From the NCBI GenBank assembly GCA_002633005.1, contig NMRA01000156.1, forward strand, positions 394,469 through 458,468: a DNA stretch of 64,000 nucleotides. The letters run 5' to 3'. Below are positions 13,916-27,486 of this stretch, piece after piece (position 1 is the stretch's first letter; every line of letters begins with the position of its first letter). The position numbers were made by a program, and so were the translations under genes. The DNA is from Phoronis australis (taxonomy: Eukaryota; Animalia; Phoronida). Under the pieces are notes generated by a model. That model was not told where the DNA came from. It saw only the letters and a list, made by a program, of their open reading frames with translations, and made no database searches.

Positions 13916-16900
13916 TATGAGTAGATATTATAACAATTTGGCGACATTTGAATTTCATAGCAACGTTCTCTTTGAAGAACATTTGTGAATTAACTGCAGG
14001 TGTGCTAATTCAGAACTAGCACACTGTATGAATTACTTTTTCCAATGATGTACAATGTTCTCCACGATCATTATACTCGTTGCGGGAGCAGGTTTAAATT
14101 TGCAGATGAGTTTAAAATTTAGTACGAGTTAAAATTTTGAAAAGCATCCATTTTTTTTCAGCTGTTTTTCACTCTTCGTCTATTTCTTGCTAAACCATAA
14201 ACAGCTTCAAATAACAAGTAGATATGGAGAACTTTTGCACATTCGAGTATTGTTTGTCCCTTTTATTTTTATGCAGTCTTTTTATTGCTTTTACGATTAA
14301 AGTTAGGCTAATAGTGCAAGACACTTCTTTATAACCTTTATTTTCATAATGCCTAAGTTACTCCCTGTAATTATGTTTTTAGTAATTGATGAGTTTGATT
14401 TATGTCTTGAGATTTTTAGAACCATGCAGCTGGACTGCACTGATTTTCTGCATTATATTATTATTTCCCTGATTTCATAGATAGAGAGTCTCTGCTTTCA
14501 TTTCAACTCCGACACTTCCTTTTTTGTGATTTCATTGCTGATTTAATGAAAATTTGTTTTGGCTTAGTAGCTTCCTTTTTTCTTTTATTTTGATATATCC
14601 TTGCACCAGCTTTGACTCAAAGCTTAGTTTCAAGGTAAAAAAGTCCAACCCATGAGTCCCTCAAACTTGTTTTGAATTTCAGAAGGTGTGTGATATTCTT
14701 ACGACTTAATGAGACATGCAATGGGATGTAGGCGAATAAGAATATTTTGAGTGTTAATATCTCACAAACTGCAAACTCTTTTTTCTGCAAAACTCGCACA
14801 ACACTTTATCTGAGCATTTGCTACAAGTGCACAGAACTTCATGACCATCAGTAAATGTATGTAACCGTGGCAACACTTTTAAAGGACATCCTTACTGAAA
14901 AACGCCAGCGTGATCATGGTATTTTGTATGCAAACCTGAAGGAAAATTTTCAAAAGACATCAACTTGCTGAGAAATAAGGCCGTGATGCTTTGCTTTGCA
15001 ACCTTTTTTAATAAATCGGGTCCTGATAACAACATTTTCTTTGGTGAACCATTCGTACACAATGGTCTGTTCATATGCAAATTGGCGCATGAAAAACCAC
15101 AGTGTGATTCATTCCGCAGCTCATGTAGAGATCTCATGGGATTATTTCCAATACTCATGTTATAATCATTTTAACTGAATAATTGAATTCCAAAATAACT
15201 TCAAAAGAAAGCATATACACGCTCTTATGGGAAGGACATTAAAACGGTATCTTCCGGCATTTTTAAGCAACGACATCCTGCAGAAAAAAGTGTTTCCATG
15301 GTTACTTTTATTCATTCACTGATGTGAAGTTTTGCAAACTTGTAGAAAATGCGTGATTTTGGCGTGTTTAAATTTTGAAGAAAACATGAAGCAGTTTGTG
15401 AGCTATATTACTCAGACTTTTGATGCATTCTTACAGTGCACCTTTTAGAATAAGATTTGAGTTATTAGAGGAATTAGAGTCAGCCAGTAGTAATTCTAAA
15501 GCTTTGATCCGTGCTCCATACAGTAGTATTGCCTCTTTATGGGAAATGGATGTAGAATGAAGTGTAGATGAGATAAGGTGTAAGTTACGTTGACAGATAA
15601 TCAGCTGTCTAACTACATCTAAGTGCTGGAAACCATTCCAATGAGTCATCTTCATGATATTTATTATTTATGTTTTTAATAAATAAATTTCTTTTAACAA
15701 CTTGATGCAATTTTCTGCTTAACCCAAAATTTTATTAGGCTTGCATTTCCGAAATGCATAGTAATTTTTACTGTTTGAGATATAATTTTGTGTTAAAACT
15801 AGCCCTAGTCACAACCTTTAGTATTGTCGTTAGACATTAATAAATTTTGGGAGCAGACCTTCCGTAGACATGTTTCGTTATAAATGCAACTAAATTAGCA
15901 TGTTATCAATTTGAATCTCACTTTCTCAAAGTCTCTGAACAGTCTGTAGCCAGCAGTCCTGCGTATACGGTCCGGAATGCCATTGTCGGTGTCCATGATG
16001 TGGGTAATAAAACCAACATGCTGTGAATAATATGCTTACACGAAAGTCACGCATGACTTTTCATCGCTCGTCCTTCGGAGCGGGTTTTACCGGGATCAAA
16101 GAGAGCCCAGTGCCAGAGTCGGACTCAGTTGCGATAACCGCATTGTCCGGTGCGAGCAAGTGTAATTACCCGACCGTAAACTCTTCTGTCTGCACATACT
16201 GGCGAATTTTCAAAATGTATTAACCAACAGTTTTCGTTAAAAACAAATACCACAGCAGTATTCAGATGGAAAGAACAACCAACTTTGGTTTTCGATTTTC
16301 AAAAAATTGATGAACTATTAAGCTAAAAACTACAATTATTAGGTTCGATTGAAGATAAACGACTCTGCGTATTGATATACTCGGTGATTTACAAAGGCTG
16401 ATCAGAGTGAATAATATCACGTGGTTTATTCTTTTAAAATACAACTAAACTACATTGAGACATCTATGAAAAACACATATTGACTAAATTAGATATCAAT
16501 AATTTTAAAACATCGCTTATGGACCAGTGCATGCCGAACTACTTTACTCCAGGAGTAGTAGTATACTAACCGGAAAACTGCTATTCTTGGAAATGCGCCA
16601 ATTTCGATACAAATGAGTTACCTTGTAGCTGTAATGGAACACCTGTGAACACAACAAAGATGGCAAGCTTTGTAGTCATCGAGAGAGTGCAAGCACTGGA
16701 TGAGGTTGAGGGGTGGGCAAGAGCTGTGATTTCATTTTTTAGGAAAAGCTAGAATAGTTATGCAGTTACTGCAACCAAAATTGTCCAGAGGTTCCAAATC
16801 TTCAGTTTGGCTATCACCATATTTGCAAATTTGTATGTATCTTATGATTTGAGTTTTAATATAGATTGAACTTGAACTAATGGCATGTGTAGTTTTGTTT

Positions 16901-17202
16901 GCTGTGACATATGTTTGGCGTAGCTATAATCTGGAAAATTCAGGGATGGGCTCACAATTAAATGACTTCTAAGTTGTTTTTATGCTTCGGTTAAACACAG
17001 AATAAAAATATAGCCACCCTAACCGGTAAGAAAAAATGCAAGTAGACAGCAATATTAAAATAAAGTAATGAAAACAGGTATGAAACATGTTTAAAGCCAA
17101 CCTTCCTTTGGGAAGTGGCCCTTTGTCAAGATCAACGCAAACTAACTTTTTAGGCTTGTTGTGATATTTAAAATGTACCAAGTTAAAACTGCTCACCATA
17201 TT

Positions 17203-18223
17203 CACGGGTGAGAAACAACATGACCGCCGGTCCTCTAAACAGGACCTCCGGGGATCAAATGGGACCGCCGCACCAGAAAATGGGACTGACGCACCCAAAA
17301 ACATGACCGCCCCACCACAAAACAGGACCGCCGGGGACTAAAACCGCAATAACTAACAGGCTAAGATTTATTACCGTTAGGCCTACACAGATCATACAAT
17401 GGGGCTATATACGTATGCATATGCAGGTCTTGTGCCGATTAATCCACCGAAATCTTTTGTGAGCAACAAAGGACACTTCGCTTTGTAATACGCGGCGCTT
17501 TTGAGTTTTACTCATCACCAGGCTCCCGGCTGCGGTATGTNNNNNNNNNNNNNNNNNNNNNNNNNNNNNNNNNNNNNNNNNNNNNNNNNNNNNNNNNNNN
17601 NNNNNNNNNNNNNNNNNNNNNNNNNNNNNNNNNNNNNNNNNNNNNNNNNNNNNNNNNNNNNNNNNNNNNNNNNNNNNNNNNNNNNNNNNNNNNNNNNNNN
17701 NNNNNNNNNNNNNNNNNNNNNNNNNNNNNNNNNNNNNNNNNNNNNNNNNNNNNNNNNNNNNNNNNNNNNNNNNNNNNNNNNNNNNNNNNNNNNNNNNNNN
17801 NNNNNNNNNNNNNNNNNNNNNNNNNNNNNNNNNNNNNNNNNNNNNNNNNNNNNNNNNNNNNNNNNNNNNNNNNNNNNNNNNNNNNNNNNNNNNNNNNNNN
17901 CACGACGAGGTGACGAGCAGAACTACCCGGGCTGTGGGAAATGTCGGGGATGTAACGGAGCTCAATAACGCAAGGCTGTCAAGCTTTATTTTGGCGATAG
18001 TCTTTACACAGCTATCTGACCGGTTACGTCATAACCCGCAGTATCACACAAAGGCCTTAACTACTCAGTCCCCGGCGGTCCTGTTTTGTGGTGGGGCGGT
18101 CATGTTTTTAGGTGCGTCAGTCCTGTTTTGTGGTGTGACGGTCATGTTTTTAGGTGCGTCAGTCCTGTTTGGGTGAGTCGGTCCGATTTAGAGGACCGGC
18201 GGTCATGTTGTTTCTCACCCGTG
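17203..18223. mobile_element. DNA transposon with CAC termini, ~140-bp TIRs and 5-bp TSD (Transib/RAG-like or Chapaev-like); interior contains an assembly gap
   Basis: cacgggtgagaaacaacatgaccgccggtcctctaaa at the left end and its exact reverse complement at the right end; atatt at 17198-17202 and 18224-18228. Confidence 0.85.
17541..17900. other. Assembly gap
   Basis: Run of N. Confidence 1.
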
Positions 18224-19174
18224 ATATTGCAGGCTTTAACTCTGTGCCAGAGAAAAACAATTTGGGTGCAATAACGACCATCATTGTTAAGAAAGTAGTG
18301 CTAGCTCTTACCTTTCCACTTCATTAGCTCAGAGCTACATCAATACAAAGGACGTGATGAATAGGGATCGTAAAAGTTGCCTGGGGCTTAGGGACTCAGA
18401 GCGGTGACCAGTGTAAGCGAGAAATTCTCCACATGAAAGCCCATGCAGATACTTTGTATTAACGCAAACGCTTAGCACCTGTAAGCAAGTTTCATACCTA
18501 TATTTGGTACGCTATTCATATAGGAACATTTCCTTCTGAATTTTCAATTTTGTCATTCTACATTCCAACCATCCACAATATACATCCGTGATTCTCAGAA
18601 CTACACAAGGTATTTAATCAGTTCACATTTATTGTAATAACTCCTACTTCCACAAGGAGACAGCCACTGCTCATCATCGTAAACATTACCACCCCCATCC
18701 TATACGTCATCGCCATCACCATGACGATCACGTGCAGAGTTGTTATTGTCCTCTTTAGTAGCAGCCTTGTAGTTTCAATCTAGAATTTTTTAAAATTTAT
18801 TTCGCGCACCTTTTACCCAGATCGATCCAAAGCTGTATTTCTAATTATGGCACTTGTTTTTTGAGTTCTCGTTACAATAAAGCCGCAGATGGTCGTGGTC
18901 CTTTGAGAAAGTGCACCGGTCTGTCTCTACAGTTTCTCACACTCCCGTTCATCTCATAATTTCACCTTAATATCACACCCCCAGTCACTACAATTCTTTC
19001 ACTTGCCCCACCGTCACCATATCTTTTGAGTACACCCCTGTCTAAGACTAAGATGTGCCGGAGGAGTGCAAAAATGCTGCAACTGCGACTCTTGCAGCAT
19101 TAGCAATGGACTATTCTTTTAGAGCTAGATACATAACAGATTATACGAAAAAAATTCTCATCTATTTGTAACAG

Positions 19175-19365
19175 GTTCTTCTAGTGGAAGGAATGCACCA
19201 TGACCTGGGATTTCGCGTGACGATATCTAACGTTTCCATCTCCGTACCCGAGGGGCCACTCATCCAGGGGGTGTGCTACGCATACAAAATTAGCGCCGTC
19301 GTCAATATTGATTACATTCACCAACCAGGGTTCCGAAAAAAGCGAATACTCAAGATACGTACAAA
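19175..19365 (+). CDS. Second coding exon of the secreted-protein gene
   Basis: Acceptor tttgtaacag; VLLVEGMHHDLGFRVTISNVSISVPEGPLIQGVCYAYKISAVVNIDY...; phase-2 donor aa|gtaag. Confidence 0.7.
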
Positions 19366-19687
19366 GTAAGCAAAATAAGGTGCTTTCCTCGTGTGCTATT
19401 TTGGGACATTATCTGCGGTATATTCCTTTAAATATCGTTGGCCAAATGGGTGAACCTTACGCTGCAAGTTACGTACGTAAGTTAAGTCTTATTAGAGTCA
19501 TAAATATTTGCGGCTCAAAGTAAATACTTTTATTAACTTGCGGCGAAAAGTAATTATTACAATTTTAGTTAAAAAGATGAGCTTAATGCTACAACAACCA
19601 TGTTTCAACACCATACGGGTATCAAAATTCTTTTGTGATCATGCCCGTTGAGAACAAAGTGATTCCAACATTTACCGATCTTTTTAG

Positions 19688-20092
19688 AGCGTGGGACAAT
19701 GTTGGCAACGCAGACACTGCACAGCAATTGGCACACGTCACTTCCGGAATAATTGCCAAGGGAACTGTAACTCTAAACTTAAACCAAGCTTGTCTCTGCT
19801 CCGTTGGCGACGGGATATACGTAAACGGCTTCATCCAAGTACTAACCTACAACGGTCACGTTCTCGCTGAAGAGACCGCAGATCCAGTCTTCAGGAGTCA
19901 AAACGCGAGTGGAACACCAAGCCGGAAGTACTGCAGCAACCCAGCGTCTAATTTTCGCATGGTTAAAGAAACCGAGGTTTACTTAGACCCAGCCAAACCT
20001 ACAGTTGGGCAGGGTCAGATATTGGCAGCGGACAACTATTTTACTTTCAACAATCCAGGGAAAATCGGTCTGTGTCCGTTGCTGATCACGAG
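19688..20092 (+). CDS. Third coding exon of the secreted-protein gene
   Basis: Acceptor ctttttag; phase 2 matches the previous exon (aa+a=K); 405 nt open (AWDNVGNADTAQQLAHVTSG...CLCSVGDGIYVNG...); donor ag|gtagat, or alternatively a TAG stop at 20094-20096. Confidence 0.7.
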
Positions 20093-20210
20093 GTAGATTT
20101 CATACTTGTGCAATATGTTGAAGTTGATGTGCGACATTAATACTACATATGTATACGTTCCCCAAATCTGACAGCCCTCTAAGGCACTAGAAATATTTTA
20201 TTTTCTTCAG

Positions 20211-20412
20211 TGTAAAAATCATCCAAACGTATACTACATGGAAGATTGCATTTCTTACCTCCACTGTGGCAGTTCACAACTTATTTCAATCCACGTTGTA
20301 TTTGAACAATCCATCGATGGAAATTTTACTTTTTACGAAAAACAATCCTATTGGATTATACTTGGAACACCACGCTTATCTAGGAAACAGGAAACACACA
20401 GTTCAGCCAATC
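20211..20412 (+). CDS. Probable further exon of the secreted-protein gene (frame ambiguous)
   Basis: Strong acceptor ttttcttcag, donor gtatgt at 20413; two frames are open, and the phase-2 frame gives VKIIQTYTTWKIAF...TVQPI. Confidence 0.45.
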
Positions 20413-23400
20413 GTATGTTTCGAAACTCCCAGTTGTACAAACAAAACTTCATAATTGTAAGCTGGAAAAGTTTGATTGTTGCATGACGTCAAATGCATTG
20501 TGCAAAAAAAAACAACATGACGCGTGATAATGCGACGTCATTGTTGCTATATGGCGTAGAACTTTTATGCAACTGGGCAAAAGATATACGTAATTTTTTT
20601 ACCTAAACATCATTCAAGAATGAATGGACTCACCGGAGACAGCCCAAGAGATTATCTCTGCGGGGAAGGATGTTAAAGTTGTGTCTCCGATGAGTTGCCA
20701 GCAGTCACTGGTACGGTGCGCGGCTTTAGACGCTCTGCGGCTGTGTTTAAGATCTTTTATAGGCCTAACTGTCTCCACTTCCTGTACCAGGATGAATTTC
20801 AAAAAAAATATTTTATTACGAAATTCGCCAAATCCAGTAAGTTATGTTGCCAATGAGATAACCTCGTTTTAGTTGTGTGGTTGGGATATGGTGTATGTTG
20901 TTGGCATATCGGAATAAGCGCGGAATTCCAAGTTCTGTTGAACTTCGACCTCGTTTGAAGGATTATAAATTTCTTCTGTACTTATGCTCAAGAATGGTTG
21001 AATGACTTCAAGCTTCTAACTTGACGCCTGCTAATTCTTGAGATTTAATGCGATTTCAGTTAAAGCACAACTGAAAATATCAGCCACGCAAGTGGTAGAG
21101 AGATATTTATGGATTGCTTTGAGGTGTACATATTTTAAGTATTAGGACTTATATGGAATTAAATTAACGACAAATGCAATAGGTACGAACCCTAAGACTT
21201 CAATGAGTATCCAAAGTCTCTAAATAATTCAATTTGTTCCAAAATATGGTTTGCGCTGGAGTTTGCAGCAGTTTGTCTTTTTGTAGGCACACGATGACGA
21301 CGTTCGGATACTGATTTTTATTTCCAAATAAGCGTGGCAGCCAGTGGGGTTGTTTACGTGGGTTCTGTAGCATGGTCGTCTTTTCTTCAAACATGGTCCT
21401 AGCGGCCACCTTATAAAGCTTCTTTGACTTAGATAGCGTACTGTCGGGTATGACTAAAATCCAGCCTCTGGTGTATCCACTGGCCGTCGACCATGTAGCC
21501 CTACAGTACGTAATCACTGAGACCGATGAGCACCATATCGAGCTTATGTATATTGCATGTATGTAAATGATTTTTGGTTGCATTGACTTCATTTTCAGCA
21601 TTTCCGATGGATATGGCCAGTGGCACAAAAGCCAGCGTAGTCTGTATATTCCCGGCACGTGCAATTATCGCAGATGGCTGTACTGTGACATGCGACTCAC
21701 CTACCGCAAAGAACGACATTTGAAGGTGAAAGGAAAATGGTTCGGACGTGTTCATAACAGCGAATTCTCTTGGACCGACCGTTTCCGAGAAAAACGGATC
21801 AGGCGCGTCAGTGTTTCGAAACTTTAAATATTTTAAGGGGTTTAGTTATTCCTCAGAATAAAACAGTGGTACACGCTATTGAGATTTGAATGCTATACTC
21901 CCAGACACTCAAACAAGTAATAAGCACACCCTGGCGCATAAGCTCACTAAGTGGGCCACATGAGCATACATGCACTGCGCACAACTTTTAAAACACTGAA
22001 AAACAAATTCTCTGAGAGGCAGCTAAAAGCTCTATTTATCCGATTTAAAACATACCCGCATGCTTGTATTAATTCCAGTAGTAAATTATCTTTGAACTGA
22101 AAAGGCCACGTGACTGCAAGGCGGCCTGATCATCAATCTGAGGATAACGGCAGACATTTGGCGGTTGAAAACATTCACTGCTTTTAAAGAATAGATCGTG
22201 TTTCACCAAATTCGCCTTATAGTTGACTCACCGATCGGAAATAAGCCCAGTTTTAGCGATTTCAACCAGATCTGAATCTGTCATCAGCATGAGTAGACTC
22301 TACTCCACTGAGCGACAAAGGCAGGACTCAGCAAAACTCTTCTCAGGTCTGAGATCTTATTTTATGCTCGAAATCTAACTCAAAATTAATTTGACATTTT
22401 CGTTAAGATATTTGTCTATTATTCTCTGTTATAGTACGTTGTGGTTTGCTTGGGTGATTGTCCATTACTAGTTTTTACTCAGCATTAAAATTATAAGTTC
22501 GAGTCTCAACTCTAATTTTCTAGTTTTTATTCGAAATCTTTTGTTTGTAGCTTGAATTTAAGGCTCACCAAGTGTGAAATTGCACTAGACATCTAAACCA
22601 TAGAGTACTGTAGCATAGAATGATAGACACATATCACGATTTGACACAAAAATAGAACGGAAACTGTCAAAAATAATTTCGCTTTCGAGTACCAAAATGA
22701 GACCCCGGGTCCTGGTTACGTCATAAAGTAAACCACCTGGTATGTTTTACGTGGTATTTCCCTCGTACACGTTTGTCCATGTATCCAATCATAAATACAG
22801 ACCTTGAAAGAGCTTTCAACCCTGTTTCAAAGTTTCAGGGTTGACTACGGTAACATAGCATCATTTTGTTAAGTGTTAACAGTGCCTAAATGAATGAAGT
22901 AGTCAAAAGGTCTTCAGATAGGAACACGATTTGTTACGAATATTAAAATTGGTGTCGCATTATTACCTCTTGAGTTAACCTATTTCCAAAAAATGAAAAC
23001 TACATGTAGTTGCGTCAATTCTCTTAAGGGAGTGGCCACTGTGTGTACAGGTTACCGTCCACGAAAATCTTTGCATCAGCTGGCACACCATTCACACTCG
23101 TTCAGGTGGGGTGTGTCTTTGTTCTCTGGAATGTTGCGCAGTTCGTTCAAATGTGATTGAATGTAGCCTATATTCTCAACGCGATAACCTGTTTGAAATG
23201 AGGCACTTGAAAGGAAATGTACATTGTTGCACTCTGACTAACCTACGGTAGGATTTCATGTTAGAAAATTTTAGTAACTATCGTCCTCTGGTATTTTGCA
23301 GCAATTGTCTGGCGTTATCACCCCCCAAATTTTACAGAAACCGATATATTTTCAAAATTAAAAATGTTTCAGTTGTTAATCATTCCAGCGATTTATTCAA

Positions 23401-24391
23401 ATAATTTGTAGCAGCATTCTAGTGCCATCAACACAAATCTTTTCTCACGAACATTTTTGGCATGCATCGCACCCCTGTTCCTACGGACATATTTCAATCC
23501 TCAGCGACCACAGATAGTGTATCCATTTGCAATCTTCAGAAAGAACTGATAATTGAACTGAAACCATCATGTATGACAAGGCATCACACATGAACGAGCA
23601 ACTGGTGCCACCAGTTGGAGAGAAAAGTAGTTATGGTTCATAGGGACAGAAATGTGTTCATAAGCAAAGACACTGCCGCGCGTGAGAAACGGAGAAAAAC
23701 TATTCTATAAGAAAATTTTTAATGTCCACGGCCAGGCAATCGATCGCGTTCAGATGTGAAATTTGTACGAAAAGGCAACTTGAGCGTGAGAGGGTCCCTT
23801 GAAACCACCAATTACAAATTGACATCACTATCGGCTGTCCTAAGATTAATTAGCATAACATTTAAGAGCAAAATATTAATACGCTGACCAATCACGCGCC
23901 ATCAACATGGACTACAAGGATAACATTGAAATATAAATGTAGGATTCTTGCGGTAACAAGGCAAATTCCTCATGATAAAAAGGTTGACAGAAAGTCTGAC
24001 AAGCGTTCAGGATTTTTTCAAACGTGCATCATTCTTCTTGCTTCTGGTTGAACGGCGTATGAATGCCTACTAAAATTAAATGCAAAAATGCGTGTGCTCT
24101 CACGTCAGCATATTGCTGAAACGGTAAGGCAAAATAATTCACGTGATGTCCTCACACGATGTTTCCGGTCTAGCGAGATTTTCCGCAAACACACCATCAG
24201 TTATCGGCCCACAGGCACATGTCTGGAGAGACAATTTGTATACGGTCAGTGATTCTGTTATCCCAGGGCTTCTGTCACCTCTTTCACAGAATCTGGACCC
24301 TCGTTGATGGTGATATATATAGAACATGGCAAGAGGCGGGGATGCAGACAAGAAGCGCACTCACGAACCTCACACCGATAGCTCCCGTCAA

Positions 24392-24535
24392 ATGACTAAT
24401 CGGCATTGTTGTGTTCCGCGTTGCTCGAACGGCGATAGAAAAATGCAGTCATTCAACTGTCTTTTTTTACAATCCTTAAGGATACTGAGATTCCGGAGGC
24501 AGTTTATAGACGAAGGGAAACAAAAACATTTCCAA
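24392..24535 (+). mobile_element. THAP zinc-finger N-terminal relic (transposase-type)
   Basis: MTNRHCCVPRCSN, then in a shifted frame SFFTILKDTEIRRQFI; matches the THAP CxxxxC...F.FP....R..W pattern, degenerate. Confidence 0.55.
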
Positions 24536-26194
24536 GTAAGATTGATAAATTTTGTGGAAAGTTTGATTACATTTTCATAACCTGCTAATAGACTGTTAAT
24601 AAGTTGAACACAATATGGCGGAACAAAACTTTACTTTGCCCACTTTATATTGCACAACGGTCATGAATAAACACAAGATCAAATGTTCTATAGCAACACA
24701 GCAGCGAACATGTAGAAAATGGAAAAACGACAAGTTTGGCAATTATATTTGTTCGAAAGAGCAGACTATACCATAACCTCGACAGAATTTCGCCTCATCA
24801 CAGAATTAGTTGAATTTCGTGGCCATTAAGAGCGAGTGTGGACTTGACTAGCACATGCATAAGCCCTATTTATTTAATTGTACTCGAGGAAAGGATAACA
24901 GGCTCGTACCTTGAAATTCCAGAAAAGTAGAATGAAAATGCCAAACATCACTTTGAGTTCAATTTAGAGTAAAAAGATTAAAGCTCCGGCCGGGCATAAT
25001 TTATTGTGATTGAGTGACAGTGATCTCAAGTATTAAAATTTATTGTTAGGAACGTGTGCTACTAGGAAAAGTTGTAAAAAGAATTCATGTGACAAGCTAC
25101 ACTGGTTTCAAGACATGCTTTAAAAAGACATATACCTATAGTGTAAATATAGGTTATACAACGTACGTGTTTGTGCCAGTGGTATATTATATCGAGATTC
25201 GTGATGGGCAAAAATATTTGGACGAGGGCGAGATATAATAACACACTGGTACAAACATGTACGTTGTATAATCTATTTATCCTAATACGCCCTACGGAGG
25301 ATTCCTTAAAGCGGGTTTACACAGATTGCTACGCTTGTCTTGGTGTCGTTTGTCATCTTTTATCAATGATGATCACAGATTTGGTGACACGTATACGTGC
25401 ACGCAATATTTTTATGAATGAATTTTTTGCAGCCTAAATGACACGGCAGTCAAGTTGCATTTTACAGCAGCTACAGGCTTGGTGTGCATATATGCTATTT
25501 TTGTTATTTTCGTCAGAGTTTGAGCTAAATCTATTTCTAAGTTAAAATTTGCTTAAGTTTCTGACGATTTTTCTTGACTTTGTTGAGTAATACATGTATC
25601 CATAGACTATGATGTATCTGTGCAGGACACCCAGACTTTGTGGCTGATGCACGTTCAGACGCTTCTTAAAATGCTGCTTGCGCGCGTTCTTATCATATTT
25701 AGGTTGAAAGTATTCTGGAATTTATCATAAAACTGACAAAAATACAATATTTGCTGTAGTTGTAGTTTTGCATTTAAGCTCGACGTATTTTGATTGACCG
25801 TAAAGAACCTCAACTGGTGTAGTGCAATAGTTGACCTAAAGGAGGCTTGCATTGGTAATGCATATGGCTTTCCTAATCCCAGTGGCAAGTTCTGTCCAGG
25901 TGCAAAATTTCACGGCATCTTAAGAAAAATTGTCAACAATATCTTTATTTCACTTTTTTGTTTAGCTTTGAAAACGCATATCATTAGCACGTGAAAATAT
26001 TGCGCACGGAGCTGAACCCAAAGTGATGCTATATAAAAAATCATGTTTTATCAAATGTGTATTGTGTGCTCAGGAAGGAATTTCGGCAGTAAAAGAGGTA
26101 TACGTATTCAGCACGTGCTAAATACGGAAAAGTAGTTATTCCACATCAAACGTAATAATACGACCCGTATTTCGTGGCTATACCATAGGATAAA

Positions 26195-27225
26195 TATAGA
26201 ATATTACATGGCGAAGTCGTTATCCCCGGAATCCAAGAACCCTCGTGGATTTTGGAGAATTCTCGCCCGAGGAGCGTCAGACTCGAGGGGGATAATTCTC
26301 CAAAATCCACGAGGGCTCTAGAAAAGGGGGATAACGACTGACCAGATGAAGTAACCTATTCATTCCACATACTGATAATTGGGGTCACGTGCCTTTGCTT
26401 AGGTGTTTTGTGCAATGGGCCCAACCATGAGGCCTGCGCACGTCTGATGCACCGCAAATGACATCAGACCACCTGCACTGTTTTTTTCCACATACTGAAC
26501 GAGAAATATTGCAGTGAATCGATCTACCTTTGTCGACTCGCCTCGGCTTTGTAACTACTTTCTATGTCAGAGGCCCGGGGTCGGAGGTCGTGAGCTTTTA
26601 CGAAAAGCCGAGATATTTTTGTCAAATAAAGCTTTTACTCAAAACCAAAATAGAAATAAAGTGAATCCATAAATTAAGGTTTATCAACTGTTATAGCTTA
26701 CTACACATTTTATCACGCTAAACTTCGACCGGGAAAATATCGTCTAATAAAGTGGGTTACCACTAGTAACGGAGTATAATGCTCAAGTCAAAGGATCCCA
26801 ACGACATGATACCCCTATTCAAATGGGAGATCGGTGATTTACAAGTGAGAGAACACGAAAAGAGAAAAATTTCACTGAATTAAAATATCGTTTTTATGGA
26901 AATTATGCGTCTTATTTTTCATAGCGTATAAATGTCGGTATAATGCCCTTTGCTGAACATTCGATTGTTGCGCGTGCTCATTTAACTATTTTCACGTTCG
27001 ATGACGTCAGCCGCTGAGTCAGGTGTAGTGGTAAAGTCGGCGACTCGAAACTCTTCATTACCAGCAATATTGAAACCGTGAATTGCGCATGCGCGAAAAT
27101 CACTCAGTTAGCNAAACCGGCCTCGGTTTCCCGCCAATATGTTATCTCACTAGTGAGATAACTAAATGGGTTATTACACGGTTGTATTTGCCATTCGACG
27201 CTAATACTGTGGTATAACATATAGC
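26195..27225. mobile_element. Non-autonomous hairpin-bearing element just upstream of the ABCA gene
   Basis: ~125-bp imperfect hairpin 26214-26339 (ccctcgtggattttggagaatt / aattctccaaaatccacgaggg); perfect 22-bp palindrome gttatctcactagtgagataac at 27141-27162; element ends not fixed. Confidence 0.5.
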
Positions 27226-27486
27226 TGGCTTTATACTACTTTATTTCTTTGTATTCAAACCGGTAACGCGCATGTGACGTTAAGGAGTGCTGTCACGTTT
27301 TCTCAAAAGACGCATTTCAAAGAAAACCTTTGCTAAACTGATGTCGTTGTGGGTAAAACCGTGGCTCTTGGGCTGGTTTATTTAACTTATAAGTTCAGAA
27401 GTTCAAGCCTTTCGTGAAGCTCAGTGACGGGCACAAATACAGCGTTCTCCATGTAATTCAGACACATAGCACAGGAAGGCTACGAA

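Noticed and set aside
17405-17968. Long X-rich ORFs (also 37263-37949)
   Set aside because: Artefacts of N gaps
21200-21664. 154-aa minus-strand ORF
   Set aside because: No ATG start and no recognisable motif; overlaps plus-strand exon-like blocks
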